Source: Octopus bimaculoides
Lineage: Eukaryota
Length of the DNA: 64,000 bases
Direction of reading: 5' to 3'
Assembly: GCF_001194135.2 (NCBI RefSeq)
Contig: NC_069008.1
Span: 1,556,261 to 1,620,260 of the forward strand
Under the pieces are notes generated by a model that was not told the DNA's origin, searched no databases, and saw only the letters and a list, made by a program, of their open reading frames with translations. Each line of letters begins with the position of its first letter. Within the stretch, counting starts at the first letter, position 1. Positions 11,649 to 20,838 of the stretch are shown in pieces. A program made the translations under genes and the position numbers.

Positions 11649-12272
11649 CACCAGGGAAGATAACAATAATAACAAGTAACACCTTTGGCTACAATGGTAA
11701 CATTGACAGTGCCCTCTCGACATCTGGCAATAACATTACCAGTGCTACCAACACTAGCACCAACGGCCCCAGCAGCAGCAAATTCGTTGACCCTAGCAAC
11801 GTCATCGTCGACAGCACAGGCAACAACAGTGAGATCGTTGCCAGTGCCCCTGGACTGGCCCTTGTGCGGGTGGCACATAAAATACACCATTTTGAGCGTG
11901 GCCATTGCCAGTGCTGCCTGACTGGCCCTCGTGCGGGTGACACGTAAAAGCACCCACTACACTCTCTGAGTGGTTGGCGTTAGGAAGGGCATCCAGCTGT
12001 AGAAACTCTGCCAAATCAGATTGGAGCCTGGTGTAGCCATCTGGTTCACCAGTCCTCAGTCAAATCGTCCAACCCATGCTAGCATGGAAAGTGGACGTTA
12101 AACGATGATGATGATGTGCACCACTGGCAACACACGCAGAAGCAGTAACACAACCACCACTACCAACTGCCCCAGCTGGAGCACCACCAGAATCAACACC
12201 ATCGACAGCAGCAACAACATCGACAACTGCAACAGCAGCAGTAGGCACAACACCGACTCCATGCATCCAAGG

Positions 12273-12545
12273 AAATACATTGGATGTGTGAGAACTTCCT
12301 TTAAGAAACGTTTTTCCAGCCATAAATCCTCCTTTAGAGTTTGAGAAAGGAGATATGTAACATCACTGGCAACTGAAGGAATTCCATACTCGATATCATG
12401 GAAAATCTCACACTGTCCGGGTCCATACATAAACGGAACAAAACGCTGCAAGCTATGCGTAACCGAATGCATGGAAATCCTGAAAAACTTGCACGTACAA
12501 GGGACCATACTGAACTCCAGAATGGAGATTTTCGGGCTGTGCTTG
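12273..12545 (+). mobile_element. Penelope-like GIY-YIG endonuclease fragment
   Basis: KYIGCVRTSFKKRFSSHKSSFR...IPYSISWKI..PYINGTKRCKLCVTE..ILNSRMEIFGLC; a hammerhead follows about 250 nt later. Confidence 0.8.
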
Positions 12546-12790
12546 TATTTCAGGAGATTCCTGTTAGCGTTTTGGGAACCACATAATAGCAGTATTAGCG
12601 ATAATTATACCACAGCTAGAAAATGATTGCTGATGAGAGTAGGGGAAAACTAAATTTTACCCTCATAGCTGATGGGTGGTGTGACTGAAAGAGGACAACA
12701 CAGCCAGAAGCCGATGACCAGCCCCAAAGGGAGAAAACCCCCACTGTTTATAGCTCTATCGTTTCCCCCTCCATATTTTAAAGTGGCCAT

Positions 12791-12875
12791 AGGCCAACAG
12801 GTCTTAGGGTCTGAAGATACGCCATAAAAGTACCATTTATGGCTAGAAACCTAAGGTAACCCTATAAACCGGCCT
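12791..12875 (+). ncRNA. Type I hammerhead ribozyme (Penelope-associated)
   Basis: Stem I tagggt/acccta extended by ggt/acc and aggcc/ggcct; core CTGAAGA 12811-12817; 10-bp stem II; GAAA 12846-12849; stem III cc-taa-gg; GTA 12856-12858. Confidence 0.85.
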
Positions 12876-12899
12876 TCACCAGTAATTAATATAGACTGC

Positions 12900-13375
12900 G
12901 GATCTTTCTGATTTGGCGGACACCATTTTTTTTTTTATCTATGTTTTATTTAGTGTGTTTTCTACCGAAACACTTTAAAACTTCGTATACTTGTATATTT
13001 TGTCTTATAGAACAGAGAAAAAATTTTGTATTCGAAGTTCTTTCATGCTAAAAGTTGTCGTATTTCGGTAATTTTAACCACTCACTGACGTCTATTGAGG
13101 TGAAAACAATTACTGCTGTGGATTGTCAACATAACGTTGTGCGGTGTAATGGGATCTTTTCCCTTGAATAAAATTAGTGCCGTTGTTTGTCAACAACAAC
13201 TATCGGCGGTACTGTTATTTATGACATCGTTCGTGCGTCTGTACTGGTTTTAGGATTTGGGCTCGGGTTTTAGAGTTAGGGTTAGGGTTAAGTATTTTTG
13301 CCAAATTTGGTGAAAATCTGTTCAATACACCGCCACAAATTTTTTTACCAAATTTGGCAAAAATACTCATAACCC
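12900..13375. mobile_element. Partial GGATCTTT-type non-autonomous DNA element with TTAGGG repeats
   Basis: Start ggatctttctgatttggcggacacc; (TTAGGG)-like run 13270-13290; internal IR gtatttttgccaaatttggt/accaaatttggcaaaaatac. Related piece at ~16810-17045. Confidence 0.45.
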
Positions 13376-14355
13376 ACTTCTGCTCTATTTCTTAGAGTGT
13401 GTTTTTTCTCCGGATTTATGTTTTTCGAAAGAAAAAAAAAAAAAATGTGTGTGTGCGTGCACACACACACACACTCACACTCACACGTACTCTATCCGTC
13501 CGTCTTGCCAAACATGCTACCACGAGTGTTTGAATAGTTTGTGCAGAGTGACTTCCCTTCATGTGACGTATCTGAAAGAACTTTGTTTTTTTACTTGTAA
13601 TATTTATTTGAAGAATTGGCAAACACAATGCAATATAACTTCCAGCTTCAATGATACCGTTGACTCCGACACTTGAAGTCGTGATAAAAAACTAAAATTG
13701 ATATTATTAAAAATGTTTCTGTACGTATTATGTACATTAAACTGATGTCTCCGGTATGATTTATGCAAGGGTAAAATTGTCCCCTACACCGTGTACTTAG
13801 TATATTTATAATTACTTGAGCGAATGTAATTATTTCGTTGTAAGGTAAACATTGATTTTTTGCCAATAACATAGAACCAGCTAAGATGTTTCAAACTCGG
13901 TGCTTCGTCACCGTGACGATGAAATATTTAATTTTGTTACCAACTATCGCTACGTCCTGAATTGTTTACAAGAATATGGACTTCAGGGGCCAAATTATGA
14001 GTTAACTTTGATATTTCTTCCGTTTGTAATTGACTTGCAAATTTAAAACCTCGATCATTTCTAGTGCTACTCTGCAATGGTGATCAATTGTGATTTCATA
14101 GCACCACACACACTGACCTACGTATTGTCTAGACAGACTCAATATATATATATATTTTAGACTGTACAGTACCTATTCAATCATAACCATATTTCATAAT
14201 ATAGATATAAAAAAAAAAGTAGTTTTGTTTCAAATTGTATATGTGCTACAAATTGTATATGTGCTATATCGTGGGGGTTAGTAAAAATTATATACATATT
14301 GCTTAGTTTATCCGAGAGCATCACAATATCCAAGAAAATTACATCTGGTGTGAAT

Positions 14356-15267
14356 ATGGAAGACATTAAACCCTTGGATATTCCCAACTCGACTGTTTTG
14401 ACCAATTTGGATATAGTAACACAGACTTATAGTAATGATAAAATGTTAAGCAACGAAGTATTTACTAAAGAACATTCATTGGACACAAAATTTCGCTGTG
14501 AAGTTTGTGGGAAATCGTTTGGCAAATCCAGTAACTTAACGCAACACAAAAGAGTACACACCGGAGAAAAACCGTTTCGTTGTGAACAGTGTGGAAAATC
14601 ATTCAGTCAGAATTGTCATCTTGTTATACATAAGCGAATTCACAGTGGAAATAAACCTTACCACTGTGAAATATGTGGAAAATCATTTTCCGATAATAAT
14701 TATTTAACAAGTCACAAGAGAATACATACTGGAGAAAAGCCATTTCAGTGTGAAATCTGCGGGAAATATTTTAGTCAGAAATCGAGTCTGGTTACTCACA
14801 TACGGACTCACACTGGAGAAAAACCCTACCACTGCGACGTGTGTGGTAAATATTTTACAACCAGCGGTATCTTAGCAAGGCACAAACAAATCCACACTCA
14901 GGAGAAACCTTACCGCTGTGAAATTTGTGGGAAATCCTTCTCCGTTAATTCTAGTCTTATAAATCACAAAAGAACACATACTGAAGAAAAGCCATATCAC
15001 TGTGAAATTTGTGGGAAATCTTTCGTTCAGATTTCACATCTTGTACGTCACAACAGAGTACACACTGGGGAGAAACCGTATCATTGTGAAATCTGTGGTA
15101 AGTTATTCTCTGCTCGTTCGCGTCTTGCATATCACAAAACAACGCACACCGGAGAGAGACCTTTCCACTGTGAAATGTGTGGGGTTTCTTTTGCCTGTAA
15201 AGCTAAGTTAAAAAGGCACAGCAAAAAACATACAGGGGGAAAAAGACATTCTGTTGTGAAATCTTGA
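14356..15267 (+). CDS. C2H2 zinc-finger protein A3 (9 fingers as assembled; may be collapsed)
   Basis: ATG 14356 ([14 protein letters not shown]) matches the A leader. Nine C2H2 units. The last 123 bp recur identically after the gap. Confidence 0.8.
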   Translation: MEDIKPLDIPNSTVLTNLDIVTQTYSNDKMLSNEVFTKEHSLDTKFRCEVCGKSFGKSSNLTQHKRVHTGEKPFRCEQCGKSFSQNCHLVIHKRIHSGNKPYHCEICGKSFSDNNYLTSHKRIHTGEKPFQCEICGKYFSQKSSLVTHIRTHTGEKPYHCDVCGKYFTTSGILARHKQIHTQEKPYRCEICGKSFSVNSSLINHKRTHTEEKPYHCEICGKSFVQISHLVRHNRVHTGEKPYHCEICGKLFSARSRLAYHKTTHTGERPFHCEMCGVSFACKAKLKRHSKKHTGGKRHSVVKS

Positions 15268-15598
15268 TATGATTAAAAATGTTTCNNNNNNNNNNNNNNN
15301 NNNNNNNNNNNNNNNNNNNNNNNNNNNNNNNNNNNNNNNNNNNNNNNNNNNNNNNNNNNNNNNNNNNNNNNNNNNNNNNNNNNNNNNNNNNNNNNNNNNN
15401 NNNNNNNNNNNNNNNNNNNNNNNNNNNNNNNNNNNNNNNNNNNNNNNNNNNNNNNNNNNNNNNNNNNNNNNNNNNNNNNNNNNNNNNNNNNNNNNNNNNN
15501 NNNNNNNNNNNNNNNNNNNNNNNNNNNNNNNNNNNNNNNNNNNNNNNNNNNNNNNNNNNNNNNNNNNNNNNNNNNNNNNNNNNNNNNNNNNNNNNNNN

Positions 15599-15817
15599 CA
15601 TAAAAGAGTTCACACAGGAGAGAAGCCCTGCCACTGTGAAATATGTGGGAAATCGTTCAGTACTAATTCTATTCTGGTCATTCATAAAAGAGTACATACT
15701 GGGGAAAAACCATTCCACTGTGAAATGTGTGGGGTTTCTTTTGCCTGTAAAGCTAAGTTAAAAAGGCACAGCAAAAAACATACAGGGGGAAAAAGACATT
15801 CTGTTGTGAAATCTTGA
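15599..15817 (+). other. Alternative 3' end of A3 (TNSI finger + KAKL finger + stop), haplotype or redundant contig
   Basis: 15713-15835 is identical to 15163-15285; 15599-15744 is identical to 18270-18415. Confidence 0.7.
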
Positions 15818-15946
15818 TATGATTAAAAATGTTTCTGGATGTATCAAATTATGTTAGGACATTTAATTCATGTCTCCGGTATGATGTATGCAAGGGTAAA
15901 ATTGTCCACCACACTGCGTACTTCATATATTTATAATTACTTGAGT

Positions 15947-16084
15947 TCACACGACGTTCTGAGTTCAAATTCTGCCGAGGTCGACTTTGCCTTTCAACAT
16001 TTCGGGGTTATGCACTGGGGTCGATGTAATCGACTAGCCTCCGCCCCCCCCCAAATTTCAGGCCTTGTGTCTATAGCAGAAAGG
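15947..16084 (+). mobile_element. 5'-truncated Nin-type SINE with 14-bp TSD
   Basis: ATAATTACTTGAGT at 15933-15946 and 16085-16098; absent from paralogous blocks. Confidence 0.85.
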
Positions 16085-16133
16085 ATAATTACTTGAGTGA
16101 ATGTAATTATCTCATTGTAAGGTAAATATTAAT

Positions 16134-16283
16134 GGTGGAGGTTACGAATATGTACACCACCCGTTTTTGGCGTAACAAAATCTCTAACCCTAAATCCTAA
16201 TCTCTAACTCTAAATCCTAATCCTAATCCTAACCTTAAACCGTAATCCAAAACACCGGGCGTACATATTCTTTACTTTCGTCA
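16134..16283. mobile_element. Mini-MITE with degenerate CCCTAA core and 8-bp TSD
   Basis: atattaat (16126-16133) / acattaat (16284-16291); imperfect TIR gaatatgtac; absent from paralogs. Confidence 0.7.
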
Positions 16284-17494
16284 ACATTAATATTTGCTGA
16301 TAACATAAAGCTAGCTTAAATGCTTCAAACTCAATGTCATCACCATGATGATTAAATATTTAATATGTTGAAGTAATGGAGAACCCCTTTGGTATTAGAC
16401 TAAATAATCTCAGGTTGTCTTACTTCAACAAAAGCAGACAGTGTAAACTTTGCATGGTCGAAAGGACAATGATCTTAATAATCTGCATGATTTGGATACC
16501 TGCTTGAATACAAAAAGTGGAGTTTTTAGTTGGTACCATATTAACAGAGTTCGTTTTGGAAACGTAGTCTTCCCCGTTTGTGGACTAGTGAACAGGAAAA
16601 AAGACAAAAAGTTTTTAAAAAGACACCATGTATCTCTCATCGGACATCGTTAGAATCTTTCCAAGGAAGGTAACTCTGAGAATGGTTTTTCTTTTCATCA
16701 CCAAACTAACGAAGCATAGTCGGGTGACAGGTACCTTTTTTTCCCCCCCAAGGGATTTTTCCTCCGATTCTTATTGAGGCTGCTAATAAAAGATTTGGAT
16801 AATTTTTGGTGTTTAACAATCAATATTCTTGGATCTTTTTTAAAACGGGGGCCACATTTTTCATTAACGAAACACTTTGAAACTTGGAACACTGGTAGAA
16901 TGTGTCATATAAAACATCTTTTTCTCTTAGTCTTCTTAAAAAAAAAAGAAATCCATAAATTATTCCATGTTAAAGTTGTCGTATTTCTGTAATTTCAACC
17001 AATCACTGACGTCCATTCAGCCGATATACATTAAGTGCCGACTACNNNNNNNNNNNNNNNNNNNNNNNNNNNNNNNNNNNNNNNNNNNNNNNNNNNNNNN
17101 NNNNNNNNNNNNNNNNNNNNNNNNNNNNNNNNNNNNNNNNNNNNNNNNNNNNNNNNNNNNNNNNNNNNNNNNNNNNNNNNNNNNNNNNNNNNNNNNNNNN
17201 NNNNNNNNNNNNNNNNNNNNNNNNNNNNNNNNNNNNNNNNNNNNNNNNNNNNNNNNNNNNNNNNNNNNNNNNNNNNNNNNNNNNNNNNNNNNNNNNNNNN
17301 NNNNNNNNNNNNNNNNNNNNNNNNNNNNNNNNNNNNNNNNNNNNNNNNNNNNNNNNNNNNNNNNNNNNNNNNNNNNNNNNNNNNNNNNNNNNNNNNNNNN
17401 NNNNNNNNNNNNNNNNNNNNNNNNNNNNNNNNNNNNNNNNNNNNNNNNNNNNNNNNNNNNNNNNNNNNNNNNNNNNNNNNNNNNNNNNNNNNNN

Positions 17495-17749
17495 CTATTA
17501 ACTGGAATTTTTTTTATGAAACTTTAATTTCTAGCATAAAACAGCCTTAGAAACACGCTGAAATGATCAAAATAATATTTCAAAATAACATTTCAAATAG
17601 AAATAAGCGAGATATTGGGTGAACAATTAGCAAACCTCATTTGAATATCAGAGAAATATACCTAGTAGATATAGCAAAAAGGTTAGATATGTGTAAATAT
17701 TGACAGATAATTACGAAATTTGTAATTTTTAAGTGATCTCATATGAGAT
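17495..17749. mobile_element. Truncated copy of the piggyBac-like MITE seen complete at 38254-38528
   Basis: Near-identical internal sequence; the right end is replaced by ZNF sequence at the shared AGAT. Confidence 0.85.
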
Positions 17750-19800
17750 TTCACATCTTGTATGTCACAACAGAGTACACACTAGGGAGAAACCGTATCA
17801 TTGTGAAATCTGTGGTAAGTTATTCTCTGCTCGTTCGCGTCTTGCATATCACAAAACAACGCACACCGGAGAGAGACCTTTCCACTGTGAAACGTGTGGG
17901 AAACATTTCGCAGTTAACAATGATTTAACAAGACACAAAAGAGTACATACAGGAGAAAAACCATTTCACTGTGAAATATGTGGGAAATCTTATATCAATA
18001 ACAATGATTTAACAAGACACAAAAGAGTACACACTGGAGAAAAGCCTTATCAATGTGAAACCTGCGGAAAATCCTTCTCTGTTAATTCTCGGCTTGTTGA
18101 TCACAGAACGATTCATACGGGAGAAAGGCCATTTCACTGTGAGATATGTGGAAAAACTTTTACAAATAACAGTGCGTTATTGACGCACAAAAAAATACAC
18201 AGTGGAGAAAAAGCTTATCACTGTGATATATGTGAGAAAGCGTTTGTGAATAAAAATAATTTAACCAGACATAAAAGAGTTCACACAGGAGAGAAGCCCT
18301 GCCACTGTGAAATATGTGGGAAATCGTTCAGTACTAATTCTATTCTGGTCATTCATAAAAGAGTACATACTGGGGAAAAACCATTCCACTGTGAAATGTG
18401 TGGGGTTTCTTTTGCTNNNNNNNNNNNNNNNNNNNNNNNNNNNNNNNNNNNNNNNNNNNNNNNNNNNNNNNNNNNNNNNNNNNNNNNNNNNNNNNNNNNN
18501 NNNNNNNNNNNNNNNNNNNNNNNNNNNNNNNNNNNNNNNNNNNNNNNNNNNNNNNNNNNNNNNNNNNNNNNNNNNNNNNNNNNNNNNNNNNNNNNNNNNN
18601 NNNNNNNNNNNNNNNNNNNNNNNNNNNNNNNNNNNNNNNNNNNNNNNNNNNNNNNNNNNNNNNNNNNNNNNNNNNNNNNNNNNNNNNNNNNNNNNNNNNN
18701 NNNNNNNNNNNNNNNNNNNNNNNNNNNNNNNNNNNNNNNNNNNNNNNNNNNNNNNNNNNNNNNNNNNNNNNNNNNNNNNNNNNNNNNNNNNNNNNNNNNN
18801 NNNNNNNNNNNNNNNNNNNNNNNNNNNNNNNNNNNNNNNNNNNNNNNNNNNNNNNNNNNNNNNNNNNNNNNNNNNNNNNNNNNNNNNNNNNNNNNNNNNN
18901 NNNNNNNNNNNNNNNNNNNNNNNNNNNNNNNNNNNNNNNNNNNNNNNNNNNNNNNNNNNNNNNNNNNNNNNNNNNNNNNNNNNNNNNNNNNNNNNNNNNN
19001 NNNNNNNNNNNNNNNNNNNNNNNNNNNNNNNNNNNNNNNNNNNNNNNNNNNNNNNNNNNNNNNNNNNNNNNNNNNNNNNNNNNNNNNNNNNNNNNNNNNN
19101 NNNNNNNNNNNNNNNNNNNNNNNNNNNNNNNNNNNNNNNNNNNNNNNNNNNNNNNNNNNNNNNNNNNNNNNNNNNNNNNNNNNTACATACTGGGGAAAAA
19201 CCATTCCACTGTGAAATGTGTGGGGTTTCTTTTGCTTGTAACGGTAAGGTAAAAAGGCACAGCAGAAAACATACAGGCGAAAAACCATTCTGTTGTGAAA
19301 TTTGTGGGAAATCTTATATCAGTAATAGTGAGTTAACAAGACATAAGAAAATACACAGTGGAGAGAAACCTTACCATTGTGACTTATGTGGGAAGTCGTT
19401 TGTTAACAGCTGTAGCCTTGTTGGTCACAAAAGAATTCATACTGGTGAAAAACCATTCCATTGTGAAATTTGTGGACAATCCTTCGTTCAGAATTCTCAT
19501 CTTGTCAGTCACAAAAGAACGCACACTGGAGAGAAACCGTTTCCATGTGAAATCTGTGGAAAAAATTTCTTCTCTAAGAGTGTGTTAAAAAGACACAAAA
19601 CCATACACTCTGGGGGAAAACCATTCCACTGTGAAGTTTGTGGAAATTCTTTTGTCTCTAACAGTGCGTTAACAAGACACCAAAGAACACACACTGGAGA
19701 AAAATCGTTCCACTGTCAAATATGTGGAAAATCATTCTTTTATAATTCTGATTTCATAGTTCATATGTGTTCTCATACTGGAGAAACCATTCAACTGTGA
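17746..19800 (+). pseudogene. 5'-truncated C2H2 ZNF A4 (14 fingers if the gap is closed)
   Basis: Begins mid-finger fused to a MITE. 18364-18416 and 19184-19236 are the same 53 bp, so the contigs overlap. A frameshifted extra finger follows the stop at 19800. Confidence 0.65.
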
Positions 19801-20159
19801 AATATTTAGGAAATCATTTATTACTGCTTGTAATTTAACCAAACATAAAGATACACATACAAGAGAAAAGACTTTTCATAGTACTGGGTGCATTTTCTGT
19901 GGCACCAGCTCTAGTGAGGTTGCCGTACAGCTTGCAAAATCCAAGCTTCCATTCAAATGAGGGGGGGGGGCTACAGTAAAGACAGGTTCCTTTATATTAG
20001 ATGAGAGGTTAATGCACAAGGCTAGCAGTTTTGGGGTATGGGGTCAGCCAATTATACTGATGTTAACACCTTGCTGGAATTTGAACTTAAAACACAAAGA
20101 TAGACAAAATGCTACTAAGCCTCTTGCCTGGTCTGCTAACGATTTTGTGAGTTCACCAC

Positions 20160-20525
20160 CTTCTTTCATATTGTTGGTGGTTGGCACTCTGTCGAGGGTT
20201 CCAGTTGATCCGATCAACGGAACAGCCTGCTCGTGAAATTAAAGTGCAAGTGGCTGAGCACTCCACAGACACGTGTACCCTTAACGTAGTTCTCGGGGAG
20301 ATTCAGCGTGACAAGGTTGACCCTTTGAATTACAGGCACAACAGAAACAGGAAAAAAAGAGTGAGAGAAAGTTGTGGTGAAAGAGTACAGCAGGGTTCGC
20401 CACCATCCCCTGCCGGAGCCTCGTGGAGCTTTAGGTGTTTTCGCTCAATAAACACTCACAACGCCCAGTCTGAGAATCGAAACCGTGAGTCTGCTGCCCT
20501 AACCACTGGGCCATTGCGCCTCCAC
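20160..20525 (-). mobile_element. tRNA-derived SINE (second family)
   Basis: Minus-strand head gtggaggcgcaatggcccagtggttagggcagc...ggtttcgattc. Fragment at ~48350-48440. Confidence 0.65.
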
Positions 20526-20838
20526 TCTTCTTTCATATATAATATTGATTTCAAACTTTGGCACAAGGCCAGCGATTTGGGGGTAGAGGGTAAGTGGATT
20601 ACACTGAACCCAGTGATCATTTGTTACCTGTTATCAACCCCATAAGGATGAAAGCGAAGTTGACCTCAGTGGAATTTGAACTCAGAATGTAAAAACAGGT
20701 GAAATGTTGCTAAGCATGCTAATGATTCTACCAGCTCATTTGTGAGTAAACTGAATTTTGTAACAATAATAATAACAATAACAAACTGTTAATATTTATG
20801 AAACATATTTATTTGTCATAATGAAAGAAAGCAAAAGA

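Noticed and set aside
11591-12508. Several 70-136-aa ORFs rich in T/A/V
   Set aside because: They arise from CAA/CAG low-complexity sequence and an RTE tail; only the Penelope-like part is supported.
12628-12700. CTGATGA followed by a hairpin
   Set aside because: No correctly placed stem II-GAAA-stem III-UH, so it is not a hammerhead.
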